Source of the DNA: an uncultured virus (IMG/VR IMGVR_UViG_3300027971_000053) | Lineage: Duplodnaviria; Heunggongvirae; Uroviricota; Caudoviricetes | Length of the DNA stretch: 64,000 bases | Virus record (IMG/VR): IMGVR_UViG_3300027971_000053 | Direction: 5' to 3' (one strand) | Shown here: positions 44,272 through 53,751 of the stretch, piece by piece | How positions within the stretch are numbered: the first letter of the stretch is position 1 | How the letters are laid out: every line of letters starts with the position of its first letter | The notes under the pieces: generated by a model | Told to the model about the DNA's origin: nothing | The model's input: the letters and a program-made list of their open reading frames with translations, nothing else | The model's database searches: none | Program-made: the position numbers and the translations under genes

Positions 44272-45831
44272 TTACGAATTAATTTCCTCCTTGTATAAGT
44301 TCAAGAGTATGTCGTGCCCTGCAACACGTTTCTCTAGTTGCTTAAACATCTTCTTCTCAATTTCACTACCTTGCAAGTGTATCACCGTCACATTGGTGGA
44401 CGTCTGACCAATACGATCTGCTCGAGCAATACATTGTAAATACGTCTCCACCGACATTACAGGACCATAAAATATCACAGTATCGGCGGCTGTGAGGGTT
44501 ACACCATGCGATGCGGCTTGCGGTTGCACCACCAGTATGCGAGGCTCAGGCAAAGTTTGAAAGCGCTTAAATATATCGGTTCGTTTATTAACTGATACAT
44601 CGCCATGAATAACTTCGCTTGCTATGTTGTGCTTTAGTAAATAGGTTTGAATAGTTTCTATGCTATGTCTAAACGGCGCAAACACAATTACCTTACGGCT
44701 AGTCTCTTCTAACACCTCAAGTAGCACGTTCAAACGTGGCATACAGTCGAACTCAACAACCTCGTGGTCATCTGTATACGCCGCACCAGCAGAGATTTGT
44801 AGCAACTTACTTACACCAGCCGCCGCATTAACTGCGGTGATTGTCTCGCCCGATGCTTGCATAACCATGCGGTCTTTGAGCATGCGGTAGTACTTAACTT
44901 GTTGAGGCGTAAGGGGAATTTCTCGTGTTTCTGTAAGTACAGGGGGTAGGTCAGTACACTCTTCTTTTGTATAACGTATTGCTGGTTGAAGAGCATCGTA
45001 TACCGCTTGCGCCGCACCTGACTTTGGCACCCACTTAAATTTAGTTAGCTTAGCCATTACCTTGTCACGCCATGCAGTAGCAAATTTCGGCACACCTGAA
45101 GGATTCACTAGCTTAGCCAAACCATAGGCGTCCACAGGCGATTGTGCGGAAGGCGTACCCGTCATCATCCACAGCATAGTGTCAGGCTTTAAAATTTTGT
45201 TGAGTGACTTCCAGCGCTTCGTTGATGGATTCTTGTATGCGTTTGCTTCGTCCACAATAACTAGATCGAACTTGCCGTTGGCAATGACTTCTTCAGCAAT
45301 TAAATTCAAGCCATCATAGTTCACCACAACGAATTCGTAATTGCCTTGTACCATTTCAACACGTCTTGATGCTTGTACATGGTGCGCCGCAACAACTGAA
45401 CGATGAATAACACTCTTACCAATACTGCTTACCCAAGCATCGTGCATGATGGATAGCGGACACAGAATTAAACAACGGCGTACATGCCCTAAAGCCATCA
45501 AGTAATCAGCCGCCCATAATGCGGAGAAAGTTTTGCCAGTTCCGGGGTCGTTAAATACAAACGCTCTGCGGTTCATTGTCAAGAAAGATGCCGTATCTAT
45601 CTGATGTGCAAAGGGTTTATGACGACCGGGCCAACTGTATTTAGCTTCAATGGGTGATGGCGTATTCTTAACACCTAGGTTGCGGAGCACACGCACTTCA
45701 TCTAATCCCCAGTACACCGCTACTTCAAACGTGCCGTTGTCTTCGCTAACAACTTTGCTTCTTGGTATGATGCTGTACTTAGATGGGTTGCGTGTCTTAA
45801 ACAGCAACGCTTTGTTTTCTATGATCTGCAT
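44272..45831 (-). CDS. SNF2-family (SF2) helicase
   Basis: DPGTGKT, IVDEA, MTGTP, HGVTLT, QCIARADRIGQ. Confidence 0.9.
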   Translation of the reverse strand: MQIIENKALLFKTRNPSKYSIIPRSKVVSEDNGTFEVAVYWGLDEVRVLRNLGVKNTPSPIEAKYSWPGRHKPFAHQIDTASFLTMNRRAFVFNDPGTGKTFSALWAADYLMALGHVRRCLILCPLSIMHDAWVSSIGKSVIHRSVVAAHHVQASRRVEMVQGNYEFVVVNYDGLNLIAEEVIANGKFDLVIVDEANAYKNPSTKRWKSLNKILKPDTMLWMMTGTPSAQSPVDAYGLAKLVNPSGVPKFATAWRDKVMAKLTKFKWVPKSGAAQAVYDALQPAIRYTKEECTDLPPVLTETREIPLTPQQVKYYRMLKDRMVMQASGETITAVNAAAGVSKLLQISAGAAYTDDHEVVEFDCMPRLNVLLEVLEETSRKVIVFAPFRHSIETIQTYLLKHNIASEVIHGDVSVNKRTDIFKRFQTLPEPRILVVQPQAASHGVTLTAADTVIFYGPVMSVETYLQCIARADRIGQTSTNVTVIHLQGSEIEKKMFKQLEKRVAGHDILLNLYKEEINS

Positions 45832-46196
45832 TATTCAATAATCCTATACACAGCGTCGTATTGATTAGCTAGGTTGTGCTTCTCCAGCCTACTAGCACCC
45901 GTTAAGCGAATCAAAGCTAACCGCCAAAAGTCCTCTTCTCTGAATTTGGCTTCGCTAACCCACTCTCCTCCCCAACGCATTGTCCACATGTCAATCAACG
46001 CAGATAGCGGAGCCCTCATAGCTTCGTGTTGTAGGTCTTCTTCGTTTAGAGTTTTAATTCCTCTAGCACCTGCCCGTTGTGCTTTTAGCAGTACTTCTTC
46101 TAGTGTTTCTTGTTTTGTTTGTGACCCTATCAGCGCTATCTGATGCACTCTTTGGTGCTCTAGTGCGTTAGCGTAGTCCTCGTCTGATATTCCCAT
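45831..46196 (-). CDS. Hypothetical protein
   Basis: 121 aa; TAATG-coupled on both sides. Confidence 0.6.
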   Translation of the reverse strand: MGISDEDYANALEHQRVHQIALIGSQTKQETLEEVLLKAQRAGARGIKTLNEEDLQHEAMRAPLSALIDMWTMRWGGEWVSEAKFREEDFWRLALIRLTGASRLEKHNLANQYDAVYRIIE

Positions 46197-46453
46197 TACT
46201 TGATTGCCCCCTTGGATGTACGTTTGTACGAGCGGTTCTTGCTAGCTGGTATGGCTTTTAGATTAGAACGTGTTGTTGTACCGCCCTTGCTTAGTGGCTT
46301 CTTGTGGTCAACGTCCATGCCGTCACCCTTGTGTACCACACCTTCACGCTCTAACATACGGCGTGCTTTGTTGCGCTGAGCACGTTTCTTCTTTACTTTC
46401 TCTGTGCCATCGTATGTTGCGTATTCTTGTGCGTAGTTGCGTTTCGTTGCCAT
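46196..46453 (-). CDS. Small HNH-like protein
   Basis: DVDHKKPLSKGG...SNL...SKNRS. Confidence 0.7.
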   Translation of the reverse strand: MATKRNYAQEYATYDGTEKVKKKRAQRNKARRMLEREGVVHKGDGMDVDHKKPLSKGGTTTRSNLKAIPASKNRSYKRTSKGAIK

Positions 46454-46461
46454 GATTGTCC

Positions 46462-47127
46462 TTAGTGCTTGGGGTTAAATTCACAACCCTTCACTTGGCA
46501 CCATCCGCATAGCGGTGTGCTGGTCGGGTTCCAAATGTCATTATCGTAGGATGCTGCCAGTTTTGCTACCCTCTCCCTGTATAGCTGCCAATGGAAATCC
46601 TTCTCTTCTACGGTCATCGTTTGCGTGACCATCGTGTTCTTGACAACAAACAGCAGAGCAGAATTAACTTGGCGTATGTGGGGGAAGTGGGCAAACACCA
46701 TCAAAGACATTAGGGTTAGCTGATCTCGGTCGGGGTACTTGTTGTTGCCTGTCTTGTAGTCCACCACCCTAGCCTTAAACCCATCGTCATCAATGATCAG
46801 TAAGTCAGCAATACCACGAACCCATACGTCAGGTGAATCAAAGGCACAGGGTTGTAAGTCTTCAGTCAGCCCCATCTCGTGCTCAGTTAGTTTGCGCCCT
46901 GTCTTTTTGAGTAGTGCGTCCAGCGTGGGCTTCATAAATTCGTGCTCGGGGGGTAGGGGTGTGCCGTCCTTGATATAGTGTTCAGCAGACTCGTGCACTT
47001 GCTTGCCATATATGGTGTGAACTGTGTCAGTAAACGGGTAGTTCTTCAGCACCTTTACTTCGTGGAAACGTCTTGCACAGCCCTCGTAGTCCTTAAGTCC
47101 TGAGTGCGACCATTTAAATTTAGGCAT
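46462..47127 (-). CDS. PD-(D/E)XK exonuclease (Cas4/RecB-like)
   Basis: WSHS...C, GxxVH, RGIADL, VVDYKTG, C-terminal CGWC...C; start reassigned to MPKFKW. Confidence 0.85.
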   Translation of the reverse strand: MPKFKWSHSGLKDYEGCARRFHEVKVLKNYPFTDTVHTIYGKQVHESAEHYIKDGTPLPPEHEFMKPTLDALLKKTGRKLTEHEMGLTEDLQPCAFDSPDVWVRGIADLLIIDDDGFKARVVDYKTGNNKYPDRDQLTLMSLMVFAHFPHIRQVNSALLFVVKNTMVTQTMTVEEKDFHWQLYRERVAKLAASYDNDIWNPTSTPLCGWCQVKGCEFNPKH

Positions 47128-47335
47128 TGTGTTTAGTCCAGTAGTTAAATGCTTTGCGGATTGCTTCGTACTCGGTGTCTGCGGTAAAAAGATGGGATTG
47201 TGGATTATCGGGGGCATAAAGGTGAATGCTTGTGTATTCCTTATTGATGTCTTCACCAACCACATACCCATTCAGCTTCATCATATCAATCATGGTCTGC
47301 TCTTCAGCACTCCAGCGTGGCTCGTAGTAACCCAT
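47120..47335 (-). CDS. Hypothetical protein
   Basis: 71 aa; coupled in operon. Confidence 0.55.
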   Translation of the reverse strand: MGYYEPRWSAEEQTMIDMMKLNGYVVGEDINKEYTSIHLYAPDNPQSHLFTADTEYEAIRKAFNYWTKHNA

Positions 47336-47640
47336 TAGAATTTCGCAGTCTTAATAGCTTGGTCTAGGCGATCGGAGAACTCAGTAACAAACTTCTCATT
47401 GTGGGTCAGCGTACAGCCCATGTCGTACAAGATTGCGTGAGTAAGCTCGTGCCAAAACGTGTTAGCGCGTTCGTGTGTATCGTACACATAACCCCGAAGT
47501 GGGTTGCCCTTGGCTATGGTAATGGTGTGAGTTTCCTCGTCAAAAGACCCATGACATACGGTGTTTCCTACAACTACACTTTTTTTCGTGCATATCTGGT
47601 GGGGGGTATTACCTATGACAACTTCTTTTGGTATCTTCAT
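47335..47640 (-). CDS. Small HExxH metallopeptidase-like protein
   Basis: TFWHELTHAIL...NEKFV. Confidence 0.65.
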   Translation of the reverse strand: MKIPKEVVIGNTPHQICTKKSVVVGNTVCHGSFDEETHTITIAKGNPLRGYVYDTHERANTFWHELTHAILYDMGCTLTHNEKFVTEFSDRLDQAIKTAKF

Positions 47641-49622
47641 TTAGCTTCTCCATATCGTTTGTTGCATCCTGTTTCGGCATCTAGTGGTATGCCGGGCATG
47701 TACGAGGGGTCTTTAACCATCTGCTCCAAAACCCATTGCTCAGCTTCTTTGGCTTCGTCTTCGGGTACTAGGCACACAACCTCATCGTGCACAGTCAATA
47801 CGCAGGAATACCTCTTCTGTATCCTGAGCATGCCATCCGTCATCACACATCTTGCTATTGCTTGTACTACGTTCTCTACAATCTTACCGCCATACAGCTT
47901 GCGCCTAGACTTCTCATCGACGCCATAAACCCACTGAATACGCCCTTTGTTATCGGCTTCTCCAGTCAAAGCAGGGTACTTTAAAGCAAGTCCACTAGGT
48001 AATAGTATACGCTCTTTGTCAAAAGTTAGGCATTTATGTACATAGGGTTTACCCTGATACATACTATTTCTCACCAACGAGTTGCACAGCTCCCATAGAT
48101 CGACCACAGGGCTAGCGGCTTCTCGGTATTTATCAATGATTTTCTTGGCGGCAAGACAATGTATCAGCAATTCTTTCTCCGAACAGGTATGCGGTATGGC
48201 ACGCATCATTTCCATGTTCTTCTCCCAACCAATGAAATCATTTACATCTTGCGTAGTTACACCCAACTGCTTGGCAAACGCTTTGTCGTACATGGTAGGT
48301 GGCGCACCTAGAAAGCCTGTAAGTAGTTGTGCAGAGAAGCTAGCCCAACCCATGCCGTAACCACAACCTAGTAGTGCCGACTTAGCGCTTTGCCTGAGAT
48401 CGGGGTGGGAATTTTTTGTGAGTGTAGGGATGTCGAACATCTGAGCGCCGAACGACGCATAGGCGTCTTTACCCGATGAGAAGATCTCAAGAAGCGCTTG
48501 ATAGTCGGCGAGATAAGCCAAGACCCGAGGCTCGATTTGTGAGAGGTCACAGACCACCAAGGTATAACCTTTCGGGGCTTGGATAGCTTTACGTAGGAAA
48601 GACCCTCGTTTGAGGTTTTGCAGATTAAGCCCCGAACCCTTTGACGCTGACCAACGACCTGTGTGTGCGCCGTAGTAGTTGAGCGGGACAGGAAGCGTAC
48701 CTCGTTGTGATATATCAACGAATCTCTGCGCTCTTGTGCGTTCAAGCGTTGATTTAACTTTGAGCCTTGCTTCGCACAGTAGGGCAACATCCTCGTTATC
48801 GCTGTTAAGTAACGCTTGGAAGAGTGCGTCGTTTTTAGCAAACGCAAAAGCTTCTTTATTGGTCGTTTTACTGATTTTCTTTGGAGGCACGACCCCAAGT
48901 TCAGTAAGTACTCTAGCAAACTGGTCATTACTAGCAAGCGCCGTTTCGTCAACGTTAATTTTTGCAAGTAATGCTTCACGTTTTTGCTTCTCATCTTTAA
49001 TCGCTTCACTTAACATCTCCTCGTCTAGTTCTAATACAGGGTTAGTAAACATCTTGAGCGTCATGTCAATCAACTTAAGCTCTTTCAACGGAAAGCCACC
49101 ATCAACTTCCATCATTAGGTTCTCAAAGATACTTTCGCATAGCACAACGTCGTGTGCACAGTAGGCGGCTAACTCTTGCTCGACTTCATACGGCAACTCA
49201 CTCATACCATTGGTGCTGTGTACTGCGTTGCCCTTTGGTGGTAGCCCATACACCTCAGCTAGTTTCATTAGGCTGTTGCCTACTTCCACACCCCTAAGAG
49301 CACGAGCCATAGATAGAGAGTCAAAAATAAAGCAAGGACTCGCCCCATAAACCCAGCTAAGGATTGAAATATCGAACTGCGCATTATGCGCAAGCACCGC
49401 CGTCCGGCTCCAATCAACCGAGTTAACCCAGTTTTGTAAGTCATCATGTGATACCCATTGTGGTGGTACATCTACGTCTAGTTGTTTAAAGCACAAGCCA
49501 AAGGCTTTGAAGCGAGGATCTCTGACGTACTCTTCTGTCGTCATCTTAGATAGCGTGTACTCCTTGCTATCCCACCTCGTCTCGAAGTCAATGACAAGTA
49601 TCTTGTCGAATGGTGCGCTCAT
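47637..49622 (-). CDS. polA: DNA polymerase, family A
   Basis: IDFET and AHNAQFD exonuclease motifs; TGRWS, NLQNL, DLSQIEPR, KSALLGCGYG, VHDE. Confidence 0.92.
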   Translation of the reverse strand: MSAPFDKILVIDFETRWDSKEYTLSKMTTEEYVRDPRFKAFGLCFKQLDVDVPPQWVSHDDLQNWVNSVDWSRTAVLAHNAQFDISILSWVYGASPCFIFDSLSMARALRGVEVGNSLMKLAEVYGLPPKGNAVHSTNGMSELPYEVEQELAAYCAHDVVLCESIFENLMMEVDGGFPLKELKLIDMTLKMFTNPVLELDEEMLSEAIKDEKQKREALLAKINVDETALASNDQFARVLTELGVVPPKKISKTTNKEAFAFAKNDALFQALLNSDNEDVALLCEARLKVKSTLERTRAQRFVDISQRGTLPVPLNYYGAHTGRWSASKGSGLNLQNLKRGSFLRKAIQAPKGYTLVVCDLSQIEPRVLAYLADYQALLEIFSSGKDAYASFGAQMFDIPTLTKNSHPDLRQSAKSALLGCGYGMGWASFSAQLLTGFLGAPPTMYDKAFAKQLGVTTQDVNDFIGWEKNMEMMRAIPHTCSEKELLIHCLAAKKIIDKYREAASPVVDLWELCNSLVRNSMYQGKPYVHKCLTFDKERILLPSGLALKYPALTGEADNKGRIQWVYGVDEKSRRKLYGGKIVENVVQAIARCVMTDGMLRIQKRYSCVLTVHDEVVCLVPEDEAKEAEQWVLEQMVKDPSYMPGIPLDAETGCNKRYGEAK

Positions 49623-50359
49623 GTTCTTACCAACTGTCCTGTAAAGCTATACGTGCCGTTGTGTTCTAGTTGTACCCAAGGTGCCGCCCAAACTCTAAAG
49701 CCTGCCTTGCGTGCGATCTTACAGAAGTGATAGTCCTCAGATAACAAGCGACCACCTGACTCTTCGTCAATACTTGTTGCAAAGAACTCTTTAATAAACT
49801 TTGGCTTGTACTCATCCGTTGCACGCCACATGTCGTTCTTATACTCAGGCACTAGTGGGGCTAACTTCTCAAACACCTCACGTTTAATTAGCATAAAGCC
49901 TGTGCCACCGTTTTCAATCTCCATTGGTTCATACAACATACCTTCTTGATGTAGCGCACCGCCTACTAAGTTAACTACAAACGCTCCTGTATGTAAGTGG
50001 AGTTCTTGCATAGGCACGCCAGCTTTGACTGCTTCTTCTACCTTGGGCCAATTAATTTCTTTCTTAGGATAGATACCACAGATGATGTCTTTGTCAGCTT
50101 CAACCATAGTTGGAACATCCTCGGGGTTAAAGCCAATGTCTGCATCAATAAACATCAAGTGTGTGCAATCAGTATCCAAGAAGTCGTACGCTAAACTGTT
50201 GCGCCCTCGTGTGATAAGTGATTCGTTGGTCATGTATGCGTACCTAAATGACATTTGTTTACTGCTCATAGCCGATGCCATTTGAATCATGCCGACTGTG
50301 TACGTCCCATTACACACACCACCATACATAGGTGTTGCTACAAGTAAGTTAGCTTTCAT
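49619..50359 (-). CDS. GT-A fold glycosyltransferase-like protein
   Basis: ATPMYGG, ESLITRGRN, FIDAD (DxD), GTGFMLIKR, SEDYHFC. Confidence 0.75.
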   Translation of the reverse strand: MKANLLVATPMYGGVCNGTYTVGMIQMASAMSSKQMSFRYAYMTNESLITRGRNSLAYDFLDTDCTHLMFIDADIGFNPEDVPTMVEADKDIICGIYPKKEINWPKVEEAVKAGVPMQELHLHTGAFVVNLVGGALHQEGMLYEPMEIENGGTGFMLIKREVFEKLAPLVPEYKNDMWRATDEYKPKFIKEFFATSIDEESGGRLLSEDYHFCKIARKAGFRVWAAPWVQLEHNGTYSFTGQLVRT

Positions 50360-50556
50360 TTCTTTTCTTTCTTTGCTGTTAGTTTTTTACGTAGCTTGAT
50401 ACCAGCTTGAGCGTTTTTGTTTTGCTCGATGACCTGCGTAATCACCGCCAGTATTCCCTCTTGTACTAAAAACTCCAAACCTTCTTTATCAAAGTTAACA
50501 ATAGCGTCTGCTGACCCATTTTTATTTTCTTTAACTACCTTTAATGTAATTTCCAT
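50356..50556 (-). CDS. Hypothetical protein
   Basis: MEITLKVVKENKNGSA; coupled start. Confidence 0.55.
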   Translation of the reverse strand: MEITLKVVKENKNGSADAIVNFDKEGLEFLVQEGILAVITQVIEQNKNAQAGIKLRKKLTAKKEKK

Positions 50557-50738
50557 TATTTGCCACTCCCGATAATGCCCGGTGTCCACACGCTTGGTAT
50601 TTCTCTAAACGCTTCAAGGCGCTTGATGAATGGGTGTGGTGTTGGTACGTATGGTTTGAAGTTGTTGCCTGTGCGTGATTGTGCGATGGCAAACTCGTTT
50701 GGTTTTGCTTTGTATGTTTCAAATTTAGCTGGTTTCAT
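50556..50738 (-). CDS. Hypothetical protein
   Basis: 60 aa; ATGA/TAATG coupling. Confidence 0.5.
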   Translation of the reverse strand: MKPAKFETYKAKPNEFAIAQSRTGNNFKPYVPTPHPFIKRLEAFREIPSVWTPGIIGSGK

Positions 50739-50974
50739 TGTAAAGTCCTGTTCTTGATTAGATTTTTAATGCGATCACTTACTTCTGCGGCGGTTTCTAG
50801 TAGTAGCATTGGTAACTCCATCTCATCCATATTCAACCCATATACCTTGACGGTTTCTGTTTCGTTGTTGACTATGATTACTGCGGCTGAGTGAATTGCG
50901 TTATCTACTGTGCATAGGTTTAACTGCTGTTGCACTTCGTCATATGCTTGCTCCTTGGTTCGGTCTTTAATCAT
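50735..50974 (-). CDS. Hypothetical protein
   Basis: 79 aa; ATGA coupling. Confidence 0.55.
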   Translation of the reverse strand: MIKDRTKEQAYDEVQQQLNLCTVDNAIHSAAVIIVNNETETVKVYGLNMDEMELPMLLLETAAEVSDRIKNLIKNRTLQ

Positions 50975-51273
50975 GGCATTAGCCCTTTATCAATGATGTC
51001 GAATACTTCTTGTACGTCGGCAATGTTATCTTCGTTTACTACCCTAACAAACCCCTGTGTCTGCCTGATCTTGTCCATCTCTGCCTCTTGTAATGCGGTT
51101 GGCTTGTTACTGCCAGCTTTACACTCAATAGCAACGAACATACCCCGATAACAACACACAATATCAGGAACCCCACTACGCCCATAGCCACCAGTAGCAG
51201 GGAAAAAATAGTAAGCACCGTTCTTTTTAATAACATCGACAACTTTTTTTTTAACTTTGGCTTCGGGTGTCAT
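50971..51273 (-). CDS. VRR-NUC domain nuclease (resolvase-like)
   Basis: PEAKVK, GVPDIV, AIECKA, PTALQ. Confidence 0.85.
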   Translation of the reverse strand: MTPEAKVKKKVVDVIKKNGAYYFFPATGGYGRSGVPDIVCCYRGMFVAIECKAGSNKPTALQEAEMDKIRQTQGFVRVVNEDNIADVQEVFDIIDKGLMP

Positions 51274-51454
51274 AGCGTTTCCTTACCTCGTCAAGACGTT
51301 GCAGACAGATTACGATTTTATTTAGTTGTTGGTTAAGAATCTGTTGATCGCCAACTTGATACGACTTGAGCGCAACAATAACCTCAGCTTCAAGGTTACA
51401 TAGTGCGGCGTTCTCACGCATCATCAATAGAACTTCACCTTCCGACATGGGCAT
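51251..51454 (-). CDS. Hypothetical protein
   Basis: 67 aa; AAGGAG RBS. Confidence 0.5.
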   Translation of the reverse strand: MPMSEGEVLLMMRENAALCNLEAEVIVALKSYQVGDQQILNQQLNKIVICLQRLDEVRKRYDTRSQS

Positions 51455-51737
51455 CTTTAATCTCCTTTAAAAACGATTGACCTTTAGCGCCGACAAAAAG
51501 ATCTACACCCCGTCTGTCGTCTCTGTCTTGTTTCTCAAGCACAAACTTCTTGGCAATGAGTTTGTGTAAGTACTTGTGCGTGGTGGCTGGTGACATAACT
51601 GCTTGTGCTTCAGCTATCTTCAGTACTGACATTGTACCTAGCGGTGCTTCTGCATTAACCATGCCTAGTACATACTCTTCTTGCCACGATATTTTGTGGC
51701 GGTTTCGTACTACTTGTGTATCGTATGCGTTACTCAT
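51435..51737 (-). CDS. MarR-like winged-HTH protein
   Basis: SPATTHKYLHKLIAKKFV...DDRRGV. Confidence 0.7.
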   Translation of the reverse strand: MSNAYDTQVVRNRHKISWQEEYVLGMVNAEAPLGTMSVLKIAEAQAVMSPATTHKYLHKLIAKKFVLEKQDRDDRRGVDLFVGAKGQSFLKEIKDAHVGR

Positions 51738-52023
51738 CTTCTTGCTCCTTTGGTTCTTCATCACACCTTTCAATTAGTGCGGCATAGCCACACATATCTA
51801 CTAAGTTATCTCTATGGTCGGGGTCGTTGGCAAACCTAGCCACCTTAACTAACACCATCATTGCGGCAACATCTTTTGGTGTGATGGTTGAGTCTAAGTG
51901 CTTACGTGCATTTAAATACGCATCCCACATCACAGCTATGGTTTGCAAGTTCTTAGCTGGATGACCATACGTCTTCTCTCTGTCGCCATAGATAAGAGCA
52001 TTAGCTTCTTTTAATACGCTCAT
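51730..52023 (-). CDS. DUF6378-like (nucleotide pyrophosphohydrolase-related) protein
   Basis: GDREKTYGHP...W..YL...KVAR...DNLVDMCGYAA. Confidence 0.7.
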   Translation of the reverse strand: MSVLKEANALIYGDREKTYGHPAKNLQTIAVMWDAYLNARKHLDSTITPKDVAAMMVLVKVARFANDPDHRDNLVDMCGYAALIERCDEEPKEQEDE

Positions 52024-52024
52024 A

Positions 52025-52216
52025 CTACTTCTCCAAAAAAGGTATGCTTGGTGTTTGCTTTGTCAGTGCGTAGTAATCTAATTGCACCTTAGCGGAGTTA
52101 ATCATCTTGCCTGCGATGTTGGCTAACTCAGCCGCATCTGTGTGCTTGACGGTACCACCACGTAGATCACTAAACACTTGTGACAACTGCTCTCTTAACT
52201 CAGTTACATTTTTCAT
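52025..52216 (-). CDS. Small conserved helical protein
   Basis: LRxxL...A..GKMINSAKVQLDY. Confidence 0.6.
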   Translation of the reverse strand: MKNVTELREQLSQVFSDLRGGTVKHTDAAELANIAGKMINSAKVQLDYYALTKQTPSIPFLEK

Positions 52217-52860
52217 TTCTCTAACTCCCTTTTAATCATTAGTTGTAAACGTTTTGCTTCAATCAGTTCTTTTGGTATGGCACTTGCGTGCAACCTAAAC
52301 CCTGTACTCTTTGATAACAGATATGCAACATAGTTATCTCTTACTTCTGTTACTAACTTGCCGTTTGACTTGCGTATGTACTCTCTACGCTTTTGCAAAT
52401 ATCCTTCGGGGTCTTTTACCAGTAGCCTTTGTTTTGCTTCTTGGCGTTGCGCCCTTACCTTCTCAGGATTCTCGGCAAACCTACGCTGTGCCGCTTTTTT
52501 TGCTGTTTGCCTTACGTGTTCTTTGTTGTTATCTCTATACTTTTTCTGTAACTCCTTCCATCTCTCAGGGTTTGCCTTTCGCCACGCTTTAGAGCGCGCA
52601 CGCATGCGCTCTTTGTTGTAGTTCTCTTGGTGCCACTCCTTACTATAAGCGTTGCTCTTTTCTTTATTGGCTTGGTAATATGCACGCCGATACTCTCGTT
52701 TATATTCTTCCGTCCATTTTGTTTTCTTAGGTTGAGGTGGGTGCGCTTGGGCATATCGCTCTCTAGCTTTGGCTCGCATTTCCTCCAAGTTCTTTTCACG
52801 ATACACTTTGTTTTTCTTTCTGTTGCACTCACGTCGTTTCTCAGGATCTTTGTAAGGCAT
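52213..52860 (-). CDS. Basic repetitive helical protein (HNH-arm-like, no nuclease domain)
   Basis: MPYKDPE start; repeated (Y/W)xxxN(K/P)E units; IPKELIEAKR end. Confidence 0.6.
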   Translation of the reverse strand: MPYKDPEKRRECNRKKNKVYREKNLEEMRAKARERYAQAHPPQPKKTKWTEEYKREYRRAYYQANKEKSNAYSKEWHQENYNKERMRARSKAWRKANPERWKELQKKYRDNNKEHVRQTAKKAAQRRFAENPEKVRAQRQEAKQRLLVKDPEGYLQKRREYIRKSNGKLVTEVRDNYVAYLLSKSTGFRLHASAIPKELIEAKRLQLMIKRELEK

Positions 52861-52869
52861 GTTACCCCC

Positions 52870-53742
52870 TTAGAAATTAAACTTAGATAAGATGTCATCG
52901 ACCTGAGTCTTAACATCGGTACGTGCACCCACATCCTTGCGTAAGTCTTTCACATCAATACCACCGATGGCTTTCTTTAGCGCCTTGCGTGCGTCATCTA
53001 GCTGTGGATCGTTGATTATATTCAAACTGCTAGCCAAGTCGCACAAATCATGAGCACCATCTAGCAACGAGTCGTGGAACTTGCGGGGCTTAGCCTCACC
53101 ACTAACATAGTCAATAGACAGGCGATCAGACATACGCTTGAGGTGCTCAAGTAATCTACCCTTGATGTCCTTCATCGCATACTCAACTCGCTCGTCAGCA
53201 AGGCTTGACAACTTCTTGCGGAGTTCTTCTTGCGCATCATTGCCGATGTCCACCCTAAAGTCACCCGATGCAGGCACAGGCATGTAGTTCACATTGAAGT
53301 TGAACCGATGCTCGATGTCGTTAGGGTTAGGGTAGTCGTTGCGGTTGAACATATCACCGAGAGCCATAGCTTGTGCAGTAATCAGCGATGGGTACACAGT
53401 AACGAACTCAGTAACCAGCCCATGAAATCTATCCTCTGCTTGTTGTAGCTTAGTATTAAATTCCATAAACTTAGCGCTTGGCAATAGTCGTATACCCGAG
53501 TCACTCCAAGGCAACGTATTGTCATACACATAGCTACGTGTTTCTGTAACGTGCTGACCTACTACTTCCAACTCGCTACGCCCTGCGAATAGGTTCTTGT
53601 TAACTCGAGCCGCACCCTTAGCCTGTGCATGCTTGTTACTAACCAACTCGTCAGTAGTCGAGCGATCTAGCTTGCGTGCAGTCCATTGTGATACGTTGAG
53701 TTCTACTAGTAATGCGCATGTGTCAATGTTATAGCGTGTCAT
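52870..53742 (-). CDS. Conserved protein of AAA/vWA module (DUF3150-like)
   Basis: WTARKLD, TLPWSDSGIRLLP, LGDMFNRNDYP, GDFRVDI. Confidence 0.6.
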   Translation of the reverse strand: MTRYNIDTCALLVELNVSQWTARKLDRSTTDELVSNKHAQAKGAARVNKNLFAGRSELEVVGQHVTETRSYVYDNTLPWSDSGIRLLPSAKFMEFNTKLQQAEDRFHGLVTEFVTVYPSLITAQAMALGDMFNRNDYPNPNDIEHRFNFNVNYMPVPASGDFRVDIGNDAQEELRKKLSSLADERVEYAMKDIKGRLLEHLKRMSDRLSIDYVSGEAKPRKFHDSLLDGAHDLCDLASSLNIINDPQLDDARKALKKAIGGIDVKDLRKDVGARTDVKTQVDDILSKFNF

Positions 53743-53751
53743 ACATCCCCC

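Noticed and set aside
46462..47127. Cas4 as evidence of a CRISPR system
   Set aside because: Stand-alone PD-(D/E)XK exonuclease in a replication module, a common phage gene
48368..49164. Long alternative-frame and antisense ORFs over polA (and similar ones over the giant gene, primase and AAA genes)
   Set aside because: Shadow ORFs of strongly coding genes, with no RBS or recognisable motifs
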